A stretch of 64,000 bases of DNA from a virus (IMGVR_UViG_3300011339_000106:1489-65488); one strand, 5' to 3'. Positions 37,132 through 45,570 are shown, counted from the first letter of the stretch. Translations and numbers: made by a program. The notes: generated by a model from the letters alone, not told the origin.

Positions 37132-37328
37132 CCGACCCGCAAGGCACCAAAACATCGTACACCGATGACTCGATCATGCACGTTGTACCGCTCAACGATC
37201 TACGTGAGCACGTTGCCAGCAAAGACTGCTGGTGTAAACCGACCGAGGACGAAGGCTGGCCCGATATTTGGGTGCATCACGCAATGGACCAACGAGAGCA
37301 GTACGAAGAAGGAAGGAAACCGACATGA
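37128..37328 (+). CDS. Small His/Cys-containing phage protein
   Basis: HVVPLNDLREH...CWCKP...VHHAMD.RE. Confidence 0.75.
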   Translation: MTDPQGTKTSYTDDSIMHVVPLNDLREHVASKDCWCKPTEDEGWPDIWVHHAMDQREQYEEGRKPT

Positions 37329-37909
37329 CCACCCTGAGAACCGCCGCCCAGCAGGCGCTGGAGGCGTTGATTGAAAACGCACGGTTGCTCGGGGCAACAC
37401 AGGCCAAGAAGGGCTTTGGTTGCTTCTCGCAGGAAGACGCCAGGCTTGAACGCGCATGGCACGAAGGCATTGCCAAGCACAGTGCCGCCCTACGCGCCGC
37501 GCTGGCAGAGCCGGTGCAGGAGCCACTCACTAATACATACGTGCAGGTTGTTCCAAACAAGTGTGACCGTATTGTTTGGCGAGGACACTATTTCCATTTG
37601 CCCGTTAACTCAACATCAGAGCCGGTGCAGGAGCCGGTGGCGTGGGTGCTGGCGCTACCAGATGGCAGACTTGATCGTCTGTCGGTTGTTGCTTACGACG
37701 ATGAAGCAGAAGAAATGCTGCAACGAAGCATTGCCGGATGCACGTTGGTGCCCCTCTACGCCGCCCCACCCCAGCCCCCAGCAGAGCCGGTGCAGGAGCC
37801 GTCTATGTGGGGCAGTGGTGACGGCTATTGGGTTCGACATGATGATCTGCATCATCGGCCTGACAAATATCGTTTCACGATCCCCCTCTACACCGCCCCA
37901 CCAAAATGA
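37325..37909 (+). CDS. Modular EPVAW...PLYTAP-type phage protein
   Basis: LRTAAQQALEAL, three EPVQEP junctions, two PLYxAPP ends. Confidence 0.8.
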   Translation: MTTLRTAAQQALEALIENARLLGATQAKKGFGCFSQEDARLERAWHEGIAKHSAALRAALAEPVQEPLTNTYVQVVPNKCDRIVWRGHYFHLPVNSTSEPVQEPVAWVLALPDGRLDRLSVVAYDDEAEEMLQRSIAGCTLVPLYAAPPQPPAEPVQEPSMWGSGDGYWVRHDDLHHRPDKYRFTIPLYTAPPK

Positions 37910-38250
37910 AACTGAACTGGGAAAACGTCAAGGGTGTGCTTGAGCAGTGCGGGCCGATGACCATGCGTGAGGTGGCTACGTACTTCCCTGACCACCCATA
38001 CCCAAACGTGAGCAGCCTACTCTCTGCCATGCGTTTGCGGGTACAGACCAAGCAGGTTTACATCCACTCATGGACTCGTGAAGGTATCGGCAGGAAGTAC
38101 CTCCGCGCTGTTTACGCAGTGGGCAACAAGCGCAATGCAAGTAAACCTCCGGTCATCAGTGACTACGAGAGGAAGAAGGCATGGCGCGAGAAGAAAAAGG
38201 TGCCGCAGGTTGTGGCTAACTCAGTGTTTACATGGGGGCAACATGGATAG
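37906..38250 (+). CDS. Putative winged-helix DNA-binding protein
   Basis: GPMTMREVA...NVSSLLSAM...YI..WTR....RAVYAVG. Confidence 0.65.
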   Translation: MKLNWENVKGVLEQCGPMTMREVATYFPDHPYPNVSSLLSAMRLRVQTKQVYIHSWTREGIGRKYLRAVYAVGNKRNASKPPVISDYERKKAWREKKKVPQVVANSVFTWGQHG

Positions 38251-38458
38251 AAATGACATCATCCGCATGGCGCGGGAGGCTGGTTGCGAGGAAACATGGG
38301 GCGCAGACGCATTCAGGTTTGTTGAAGAAGAACTTGAGCGCTTCGCCGCCCTTGTCGCAGATGCCGAGCGTGACCGTTGCTGCAAGATCGTTTACGGCAT
38401 GGCCGGGTCGGACAACGTGGCGCAGAGAATTGTGGATGCGATAAGGAGGAAGAAATGA
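38243..38458 (+). CDS. MxRxDIIRMAREAG-family protein, copy 1
   Basis: DIIRMAREAG...LERFAALV..AER. Confidence 0.75.
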   Translation: MDRNDIIRMAREAGCEETWGADAFRFVEEELERFAALVADAERDRCCKIVYGMAGSDNVAQRIVDAIRRKK

Positions 38459-38778
38459 ACCGCGATGACATCGAACGTATGGCAAGAGAAGCCAAGGGCC
38501 ATCCGTACACCAACAGGTACACGCCTGGAGAAACTGCGTTTGCGTTCTCAATCGACAGGCTGGAGCACTTTGTTTCACTTGTTGCCACTGCCGAGCGGGA
38601 CAAATACGAAGCCAAGTTCAAACAGCTAGAAGCGATCATGCAGGAGCGGGAGCAGCAGCCTAATAAGCCATGCTGTTTGGCCGAGCGTGAGGCGTGTGCT
38701 GCGTGGGTACGAACTAACTATATGGACCACAGCGTTGATTCGTTGTGCGAATCACTCCGTGCAAGGAGTAACCCATGA
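38455..38778 (+). CDS. MxRxDIIRMAREAG-family protein, copy 2
   Basis: DIERMAREA...LEHFVSLV..AER...AEREACA. Confidence 0.75.
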   Translation: MNRDDIERMAREAKGHPYTNRYTPGETAFAFSIDRLEHFVSLVATAERDKYEAKFKQLEAIMQEREQQPNKPCCLAEREACAAWVRTNYMDHSVDSLCESLRARSNP

Positions 38779-38975
38779 GATACGAAGCACAAGACTTCGC
38801 CCGCTGTGCGGGCAACCCATGCTTCGCGTATTGCAAGCAGTGCAAGCGCAACGTGTTCAACAGCCCGGTCGATCCTGACGCCATGCGCCAGTGGTACATG
38901 GGTCCGTGGGTTGTTGAGGATGAGAAGTGTCCCAGCTTTATCGCGGTGTCGAATTCGCGGAGCAAGGAGGAATGA
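38775..38975 (+). CDS. Small Cys-rich protein
   Basis: D.ARC.G..C....CKQCKR. Confidence 0.7.
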   Translation: MRYEAQDFARCAGNPCFAYCKQCKRNVFNSPVDPDAMRQWYMGPWVVEDEKCPSFIAVSNSRSKEE

Positions 38976-39232
38976 AATGCCCCGAGTGCAACAAGTGGAC
39001 CGAGGTTCTGGAGTCAGTTTTGAGGGACGATGGCTCCCGCCGCCGACGCTACCAATGTGCGAACCTACACAGGTTCTCGACGGTGGAGAGAATAGAAGTG
39101 GTAAAGACAGGGGGCTGGAGACACGGACAGAAGCGCGGACCCAATGGCCGTTTCTCTACAGCTACCGAGACGGACACTGCATCGTCAACCGACAACCCAC
39201 CAAGTCAAAATACCAAGAAGCCCTCGCCGTAG
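38972..39232 (+). CDS. NrdR N-terminal-like Zn-ribbon protein
   Basis: MKCPEC...TEVLES.....RRRRYQC...HRFSTVE; no ATP-cone. Confidence 0.75.
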   Translation: MKCPECNKWTEVLESVLRDDGSRRRRYQCANLHRFSTVERIEVVKTGGWRHGQKRGPNGRFSTATETDTASSTDNPPSQNTKKPSP

Positions 39233-39248
39233 GCGAGGCACAGTTCTA

Positions 39249-39393
39249 AGCGGGTTGCATCACTGCAAGACTGGTTTTAGCCTAACAGATGTGAAGCCTT
39301 TTCTTGCGCACCATACGTACCCGCTGAGAGTAGATAGCGTGTGGTGCTCTCCTAACCTAGACCGAGGGGGCTAGGAATCTGTTTCTCCCCCTC
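39249..39393 (+). ncRNA. Candidate structured non-coding RNA (pseudoknot-capable)
   Basis: 39249-55 pairs with 39319-25; 39308-17 pairs with 39338-47; 39364-70 pairs with 39387-93. No family recognised. Confidence 0.35.
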
Positions 39394-39421
39394 ACTAATT
39401 CAACCAACACATCCGAAAGCA

Positions 39422-39643
39422 ATGAACGCAAACGACACAATGGTCGGCGGCGACCACTACAAGCGCCACAAGTACGAGACCTGGGATGTCATCCTCGACT
39501 GGCAACTCGGCTACCTTGATGGAAATGCCGTTAAGTACCTGAGTCGCTGGCGACTCAAGGGCGGCGTGCAAGACCTGAAGAAGGCAGCGCACTACATCCA
39601 AAAACTGATTGAAGTGGAAGAAGCAAATGGCAAGAACTCCTGA
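39422..39643 (+). CDS. DUF3310 (SaV-like) protein
   Basis: VGGDHY...ETWD...GYL.GNAVKYL.R...KGG.QDL.KA.HY. Confidence 0.9.
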   Translation: MNANDTMVGGDHYKRHKYETWDVILDWQLGYLDGNAVKYLSRWRLKGGVQDLKKAAHYIQKLIEVEEANGKNS

Positions 39644-40013
39644 GAATGCCGTGAAAGCAAAATGTGTAGAGGTGATTAAAAAGTACAAAGCCTACTACTT
39701 CTTCCCTGCACAGAATGGCTACGGCATTTCCGGAACTTTTGACATCTGCTGCGTGCTCAACGGGTATTTCATAGGCATCGAGTGCAAAGCCACTTCCAAA
39801 AGCCGCCCAACCGGATTACAATCCCGCAATGCGGCCAAAACATTGGCAGCGGGGGCCCCGGTTCTTCTGATTCACGCAGAAAACACGGGCGTGTTGGATG
39901 CCTTACTCGGAAAGATTGCAAATGAAAAAACCGCTGGATTTGACGGGGCAAGTGTTTGGCCGTTTGACGGTGTTGTCGGAGGACACACTAACGGCGGTGG
40001 GGAAGCGTCGTAG
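39627..40013 (+). CDS. VRR-NUC / PD-(D/E)XK nuclease, copy 1
   Basis: TPE..VK...YYFFP..NGYG.SG.FDI...G.FIGIECKA...PT.LQ. Confidence 0.8.
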   Translation: MARTPENAVKAKCVEVIKKYKAYYFFPAQNGYGISGTFDICCVLNGYFIGIECKATSKSRPTGLQSRNAAKTLAAGAPVLLIHAENTGVLDALLGKIANEKTAGFDGASVWPFDGVVGGHTNGGGEAS

Positions 40014-40704
40014 GTGGCACTGTGCCTGCCTTTGCGGAACGTCTAAGTCTGTCGGCCAGCAAGAGCTTCTGAACGGGCAAGCGCGTTCGTGCGGGTGTAT
40101 ACGCAAAGAACAACTACGTACCAGAAATACTATACATGGAGCCTCTCCTAGAAACGCCGAGACCTATACGTATAAGAAATGGAAGGGTATGCACCGCCGT
40201 ATAAAAGACACAGACAAACCAAAAAACGAATTCTATAAAAACGTGCACGTTATCCCCCGATGGGAGACATATGAAAACTTCTTGGCTGACATGGGGGAGT
40301 GCCCTCCTGGCTACTCCTTAGACCGTATAGATAACGCCAAAGATTATGGACCCGATAATTGCCGTTGGGTTCCCCTATTCGATCAGGCGGCTAATACTTC
40401 GCGTAACCGGGTAGTGACAATAGACGGTGCTACAAAGCATATATCCGCCTTGGCACGAGAAGCAGGTCTGCACCCAGACGTTGTGTTTGATCGAATCAAC
40501 AAACTTGGTTGGGACGTAGAACGCGCATTGCAGACCGTTAAGGTAAAAACTAAAACAAAAATAACACCAGAGATGGTGCAGGCAATGCTGCGTTTGAGTG
40601 CGGCAGGTGAATCGCAGTACGTTATTGCCAAACAGCTAGGGCTGTCTCAGGGTGGCGTGTCTTTGACACTTAAACGGTATAAAGGAAACAACCGCAATGA
40701 CTAA
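39922..40704 (+). CDS. Free-standing HNH homing endonuclease
   Basis: LTGQVFGRLTV, WHCAC.CG, SCGC, W..YENFLADMG..P...SLDRIDN...Y.PDNCRW. Confidence 0.9.
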   Translation: MKKPLDLTGQVFGRLTVLSEDTLTAVGKRRRWHCACLCGTSKSVGQQELLNGQARSCGCIRKEQLRTRNTIHGASPRNAETYTYKKWKGMHRRIKDTDKPKNEFYKNVHVIPRWETYENFLADMGECPPGYSLDRIDNAKDYGPDNCRWVPLFDQAANTSRNRVVTIDGATKHISALAREAGLHPDVVFDRINKLGWDVERALQTVKVKTKTKITPEMVQAMLRLSAAGESQYVIAKQLGLSQGGVSLTLKRYKGNNRND

Positions 40705-40981
40705 AGAATCAGAAGTTGTAGCGCAAGTAGAACGCATACTGCGTAAATACAAGGCGTACTACACAAAACAAAAAGGTGTAGGTGTTGTAGACATCATCGT
40801 GTGCTATCGAGGCATGTTCTTGGGTGTAGAATGCAAGGCAGGCTTTAACAAGCCTACGCTGCTACAAGAGCGTGAGATGGCAGACATCCACAAAGCCGGG
40901 GGCTCGGCTATGGTGGTGCGTGAAGACACCCTTGAACTGCTGGAAGAGTGGTTCGCAGAGAGGCAAGCATGGGCACAGTAA
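40697..40981 (+). CDS. VRR-NUC / PD-(D/E)XK nuclease, copy 2
   Basis: ESEV...GVVDIIVCYRG.FLGVECKA...KPTLLQ.RE...I.KAGG.A.VV. Confidence 0.8.
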   Translation: MTKESEVVAQVERILRKYKAYYTKQKGVGVVDIIVCYRGMFLGVECKAGFNKPTLLQEREMADIHKAGGSAMVVREDTLELLEEWFAERQAWAQ

Positions 40982-41277
40982 GCAATGAAGAGAGCGTGGC
41001 TGCACGCCTCGAAATGATCGACATGATGGAGCAGATTGCTGAGCTTCACAAAGACGAAGCGGATCAGTTCATCCGCGCCATCCTCATGGTGGGTAGCTGT
41101 TTCTTGAACAAAAAGAACCACGGTGTGTTCTGTCTTGTTGAGGACGAGGCTATGCTCAAGATCATGGGGGTGAATTCGTCGCTACACGAGACGGGGCACA
41201 TCGTCACACAGGCTGCAGAGATGTTGATCACAAACCTGCACGCCAACGACCTACATAGAAAAGGAGAAACACATTGA
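40969..41277 (+). CDS. Hypothetical protein upstream of DNA polymerase
   Basis: 102 aa acidic helical, coupled to polA. Confidence 0.7.
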   Translation: MGTVSNEESVAARLEMIDMMEQIAELHKDEADQFIRAILMVGSCFLNKKNHGVFCLVEDEAMLKIMGVNSSLHETGHIVTQAAEMLITNLHANDLHRKGETH

Positions 41278-44156
41278 GCAACAACGCGCCATACGACCGC
41301 ATAGTGGTCATCGACTTCGAAACGGCTTGGTCTCGATCCGAGTACACGCTCAGCAAGATGACCACCGAAGAGTACGTACGTGATCCCCGCTTTAAGGCAT
41401 GGGGTTTGTGTTGGAAGGAAGTGGGCACCGATGAGATCCCGGTATGGGTACGCGGCGACCGCATCAGGCGCTGGGCAGTGAGCATCGACTGGTCTCGCAC
41501 AGCCATCCTCGCGCACAACGCACAGTTCGATGTGACCATCCTGTCCTGGGTCTACGGCGTCAAGCCTGCGTTCATCTTCGACACCCTCAGCATGGCCCGC
41601 GCACTGCGTGGCGTGGAGGTGGGCAACAGTCTGGCTACGCTGGCTGAAGCGTTCGAGCTACCACCCAAGGGCAAGGCGGTGCACTCAACCGATGGCCTGC
41701 TGGACTCGATTCCGTTCCACGTTGAGCAAGAACTTGCCGACTACTGCAGGCATGACACGTACCTGTGTGAGCAGATCTTCCTGCGCTTGATCGAGGGCTA
41801 CCCAACCAAGGAGTTGAAGCTCATCGACATGACGCTCAAGATGTACACCAACCCGCTGCTGGTGCTGGACAAGGAGCTGCTGGCACAGGCCATCGAGGAA
41901 GAAAGGATTGCACGTGAAGGTCTGCTCCGCAGGCTTGGACTGCAAGAGGCTGCGCTGGCTTCAAACCAACAGTTTGCAGAAGTACTAAAGGCTTTTGGCG
42001 TAGCCCCGCCGACTAAGACGAGTAAGACAACAGGCGAAGAAACGCTTGCGCTTGCCAAGAACGATGCTCACTTCCAAGCCCTCCTCAATCATGAGAATGA
42101 GGCTGTTGCTCTGTTGTGCGAAGCCCGACTGAAGGTCAAGAGCACCAGCGAGCGCACGCGTGCACAGCGCTTCCTCGACATCGCAGAGCGCGGCTCACTC
42201 CCGGTGCCACTGAGTTACTACGGTGCAGCCACAGGCCGGTGGACAGCAGCCAAGGGTAGCGCGATCAACATGCAGAACCTCAAGCGTGGAAGCTTCCTGC
42301 GCAAGGCCATCATGGCCCCTGAGGGTTATGTCATCGCCGTGGGTGACCTCTCGCAGATCGAGCCTCGGGTGCTTGCATGGCTGGCCGACTATGACAACCT
42401 GCTCGACATCTTCCGCTCAGGCGGAGACCCCTACGCCCAGTTCGGTGCGCAGATGTTCAACCTCCCCGGCATGACCAAGGACAGCCATCCGACGCAAAGG
42501 CAAAGCGCAAAGTCCGCCCTTCTGGGTTGCTTCGGAGGCAATACGCCTGTACTTACACAAAGGGGCTGGGTTATCATTCAGGATGTTTTGCCGGAGGACA
42601 GGGTATGGGACGGGCTGGAGTGGGTGACGCATCAGGGGGTGGTGCCACAAGGGGAGAAGGACGTTCTGACAGCGTATGGGATAAGCGTAACTTCGGACCA
42701 CGAAATCCTGACGGAACATGGGTGGGAGGAGTGGAGCGCGGTCCTAGCCGACCCTTCCCTTTTCCAGTCGGCACGGTCTTTGGCGAACTTACTTGCTTGG
42801 ACTGGCGCAGGCACACAGGAGGGCCTGAATGGCGGCGTTGTTCCATGTACCAGCCGTACATGCGCTGCTCCTGCGGATGGGAAGGCTTCGTTACACGCGC
42901 CAACTTGCGTGGGGGGAGAACTACCCGCTGCAACGCGTGCGCCAAAAAGAAGTCACATGCAACGCGCATGGCAAGGCTCGGCTTTGAGCAGGTTTGTCCA
43001 GATGCTGCACACCGCGACCGGCTACTTGACCGCATCAGTGCAATCGTTGTGCGTTGCACCAAGTCAAAAAGCGCAACGTATCCGGACTATGGTGGTCGGG
43101 GCATCACGGTTCATCCGGCATGGGTTGAAAACCGCATCGAATTCTTGCGCTACCTCGTTAGCCTCGATGGCTGGGATCAGCCCGCGCTTCAACTCGACCG
43201 CATCGATAACAACGGCGGTTACGTACCCGGCAATCTTCGATTCGTTACGCGCAGTGAGAACATGGCGAACAAGCGCCGGATTACTGCCCGAGAAGTCGAA
43301 GCCCTCAAGCAACGCATCGCCGTTCTTGAGGCAGAGAATGCAGACCTACGACATCGCTTACGCAGGGCCGAGGAACCGCTACACGATTTTGACTGACGCG
43401 GGGCCGCTCATCGTTCACAACTGCGGCTACCAGCTAGGCTGGGCATCGTTCGCGGCTCAGCTTCTCACCGGCTTCCTCGGCGCACCACCCAAGCGCTATA
43501 CCAAGGAGGAGGCCAAGCAGTTGGGCGTGACCGGCGCTGAGGTGCAGAAGTTCCTGTCCTGGGATGAGAACATCAAGAAGATGGCCGAGATCCCCCACAC
43601 CTGCACCGAGCTTGAACTGGGCATCCACTGCCTCGCGGCCAAGGCCATCATCGACAAGTACCGCGCTGCGTCTGCGCCTGTCGTGGCGTTCTGGGAACTG
43701 ATGGGGCAGCTTATCGAGCACAGCCTGTATAAGGGCAAGGAATACACCCATAAGTGTCTGACCTTCCGCAAGGGCGAAATCGTCTTGCCAAGTGGTATGA
43801 GTGTGAGGTATCCTGACCTCCGCCCGGATCAGGATGAGAAGGGCCGAGTCCAGTGGTCGTACGCTGACGGCAAAGACGGCAAGCGCACGAAGCTCTACGC
43901 GGGCAAGGTCACCAACAACGTGGTCCAAGGCACGGCGCGATGCGTCATGACGGACGGGATGCTGCGAATAGGAAAGCGGTATCCGGTCTGTGGAACCGTG
44001 CACGATGAGGCGCTATGCGTAGCGCCCGAGAGTGAAGCGACTGAGGCCAAAGAGTACCTTCTGGCCTGCATGACCATTGAGCCGAAGTACATGCCAGGAA
44101 TCCCGCTCGCTGCCGATGGTGGCGTGCACAAACGATACGGACTTGCTAAAGGATGA
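41274..44156 (+). CDS. polA: Family A DNA polymerase with 3'-5' exonuclease, intein-containing
   Basis: IDFET (ExoI), AHNAQFD (ExoII), YYGAATGRW, NMQNL, DLSQIEPR (motif A), K..LLG-intein-CGY (motif B), NNVVQG, VHDE (motif C). Confidence 0.95.
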   Translation: MSNNAPYDRIVVIDFETAWSRSEYTLSKMTTEEYVRDPRFKAWGLCWKEVGTDEIPVWVRGDRIRRWAVSIDWSRTAILAHNAQFDVTILSWVYGVKPAFIFDTLSMARALRGVEVGNSLATLAEAFELPPKGKAVHSTDGLLDSIPFHVEQELADYCRHDTYLCEQIFLRLIEGYPTKELKLIDMTLKMYTNPLLVLDKELLAQAIEEERIAREGLLRRLGLQEAALASNQQFAEVLKAFGVAPPTKTSKTTGEETLALAKNDAHFQALLNHENEAVALLCEARLKVKSTSERTRAQRFLDIAERGSLPVPLSYYGAATGRWTAAKGSAINMQNLKRGSFLRKAIMAPEGYVIAVGDLSQIEPRVLAWLADYDNLLDIFRSGGDPYAQFGAQMFNLPGMTKDSHPTQRQSAKSALLGCFGGNTPVLTQRGWVIIQDVLPEDRVWDGLEWVTHQGVVPQGEKDVLTAYGISVTSDHEILTEHGWEEWSAVLADPSLFQSARSLANLLAWTGAGTQEGLNGGVVPCTSRTCAAPADGKASLHAPTCVGGELPAATRAPKRSHMQRAWQGSALSRFVQMLHTATGYLTASVQSLCVAPSQKAQRIRTMVVGASRFIRHGLKTASNSCATSLASMAGISPRFNSTASITTAVTYPAIFDSLRAVRTWRTSAGLLPEKSKPSSNASPFLRQRMQTYDIAYAGPRNRYTILTDAGPLIVHNCGYQLGWASFAAQLLTGFLGAPPKRYTKEEAKQLGVTGAEVQKFLSWDENIKKMAEIPHTCTELELGIHCLAAKAIIDKYRAASAPVVAFWELMGQLIEHSLYKGKEYTHKCLTFRKGEIVLPSGMSVRYPDLRPDQDEKGRVQWSYADGKDGKRTKLYAGKVTNNVVQGTARCVMTDGMLRIGKRYPVCGTVHDEALCVAPESEATEAKEYLLACMTIEPKYMPGIPLAADGGVHKRYGLAKG
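42528..43421 (+). mobile_element. Intein (298 aa) inserted in PolA motif B
   Basis: Starts CFGGNTPVLT..GW..I (block A), has TSDHEILT (block B), YDI...R (block F) and IVHN followed by C+1 (block G). Removing it restores AKSALLG-CGYQLG. Confidence 0.92.
42731..43396 (+). CDS. HNH homing endonuclease nested in an alternative frame inside the intein
   Basis: Frame differs from PolA. GTVFGELT, CSCG, RCNAC, YPDYGGRGITV...W, LDRIDNNGGYVPGNLRFVTRSENMANKR. Start uncertain (GTG 42731 or 42722). Confidence 0.88.
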   Translation: MERGPSRPFPFPVGTVFGELTCLDWRRHTGGPEWRRCSMYQPYMRCSCGWEGFVTRANLRGGRTTRCNACAKKKSHATRMARLGFEQVCPDAAHRDRLLDRISAIVVRCTKSKSATYPDYGGRGITVHPAWVENRIEFLRYLVSLDGWDQPALQLDRIDNNGGYVPGNLRFVTRSENMANKRRITAREVEALKQRIAVLEAENADLRHRLRRAEEPLHDFD

Positions 44157-44371
44157 AAACCCAAACTGTTACCGACTACGCCATGCCTCTCATTGAAATC
44201 GAGCGCATGGCTAGAGCAATCCACAGCCTGTGCCTTGAGCACAAGTATGGAGAAGCGCGGGAACTCACCGTCCACCTGGGCGTTGAGAACCGCATCCTGC
44301 AAGCCACGCTTGCACTACTAGAAGAAAAGGAGAAAGCGTTTGCAAATCCCAAGGAGCTTCAAGCTGGGTAA
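44153..44371 (+). CDS. Small hypothetical protein
   Basis: 72 aa; DYAMPLIEIE; coupled to polA. Confidence 0.7.
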   Translation: MKTQTVTDYAMPLIEIERMARAIHSLCLEHKYGEARELTVHLGVENRILQATLALLEEKEKAFANPKELQAG

Positions 44372-44639
44372 CCAGCCCTACAAAGTGCGACTCGTTCAGG
44401 TAATGCCTGGGCCGGGGAGGATGGGCGAGGTTGATCACAACACGCGCATCGTCACCATCGCACACACAAGCAACCTGACCGGGCGCTCATTCAAGAGCGA
44501 AGAGATCGACGACACGTTCTGGCACGAGGTCACTCATGCCATCCTCAAGGACATGGGCCACAAGCTCTGGAACAACGAACGCTTCGTCACTCGCTTCGCT
44601 CGCCGTCTGACCGAGGTCGTCAACACAGCCAAACTCTGA
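44340..44639 (+). CDS. Small HExxH metalloprotease-like phage protein
   Basis: IP.SFKLG...Y.V; TFWHEVTHAIL; N.E.FV. Confidence 0.75.
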   Translation: MQIPRSFKLGNQPYKVRLVQVMPGPGRMGEVDHNTRIVTIAHTSNLTGRSFKSEEIDDTFWHEVTHAILKDMGHKLWNNERFVTRFARRLTEVVNTAKL

Positions 44640-45310
44640 TGAGTACACAAGTCACTTGGTCACATTCAGCACTGAAAGATTTCGAGGGATGCGCCAAGCG
44701 CTACCACGAGGTCAAAGTGCTGAAGCGGTTTCCGTTCACGGACACCAAGCACACCATCTACGGCAAGGACGTTCACAAGGCCATCGAGGACTACGGACGC
44801 GACGGCACACCCATGCCGCCTGAGTTCATGCTCTTCAAGCCGGTGGTGGATGCGCTCCTTGCCAAGCCTGGACGCAAGTTGTTCGAGCATGAGATGGCGC
44901 TGACCAAGGACTTGCGGCCCTGTGACTTCAAGGACGACAGCCGCTGGGTGCGGGGTATCGCTGACCTGCTGATCGTGGACGACGACAACCTGACCGCTCG
45001 GGTGGTGGACTGGAAGACGGGCAACGACAAGTATCCTGACCGGGACCAGCTAACGCTGATGTCCCTGATGGTGTTCGCCCACTTCCCCCACATCCGCAGC
45101 GTGTCGTCCGCGCTGTTCTTCATCGTCAAGGGCAGCATGGTCAAGCACAAGATGTCCCGCGAGGATGCTGAGGCAGCTTGGTGGGACTACCGAGAGCGCG
45201 TTGCCAAGCTTGAGGCAGCGCATGAGTTTGATGTGTGGAACCCCTCACAGAGCCCGCTGTGCGGATGGTGCCCCGTCAAGGACTGTACGTTCAACACGAA
45301 GAGGTACTGA
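44639..45310 (+). CDS. PD-(D/E)XK (RecB/Cas4-like) exonuclease
   Basis: WSHS.L..FE.C, G..VH, RGIADL, VVDWKTG, QL, CGWCPV. Confidence 0.9.
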   Translation: MSTQVTWSHSALKDFEGCAKRYHEVKVLKRFPFTDTKHTIYGKDVHKAIEDYGRDGTPMPPEFMLFKPVVDALLAKPGRKLFEHEMALTKDLRPCDFKDDSRWVRGIADLLIVDDDNLTARVVDWKTGNDKYPDRDQLTLMSLMVFAHFPHIRSVSSALFFIVKGSMVKHKMSREDAEAAWWDYRERVAKLEAAHEFDVWNPSQSPLCGWCPVKDCTFNTKRY

Positions 45311-45311
45311 C

Positions 45312-45551
45312 ATGACGCAAGTAAACGGCAAGCGTGACTACAAGCACGCGTACAAACTGCAGAAGGCCAGCGGTGAGACCACCGATCAGATCGAGCGCCA
45401 ACGCGCACGCAGGGCCTACGACAAGGCTGGCGTGGACCGCGCAGGCAAAGACATCGACCATGTCAAGCCACTGCGGGCAGGCGGCAAGAGCACCCCAGGC
45501 AACATGAGATTGCGCTCACGCAAGGCCAACCAAGCCGACAACGGCAAGTAA
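45312..45551 (+). CDS. Small HNH-motif protein
   Basis: KDIDHVKPL..GGK....N.R.RS..AN. Confidence 0.8.
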   Translation: MTQVNGKRDYKHAYKLQKASGETTDQIERQRARRAYDKAGVDRAGKDIDHVKPLRAGGKSTPGNMRLRSRKANQADNGK

Positions 45552-45570
45552 AACAACACGGAGAAGGCAC

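Noticed and set aside
39249-39350. HDV-like/theta ribozyme or tRNA
   Set aside because: No room for P3/L3 between P2 and P1, no G-U at the P1 base, and no cloverleaf or T-loop; kept only as an unclassified RNA candidate
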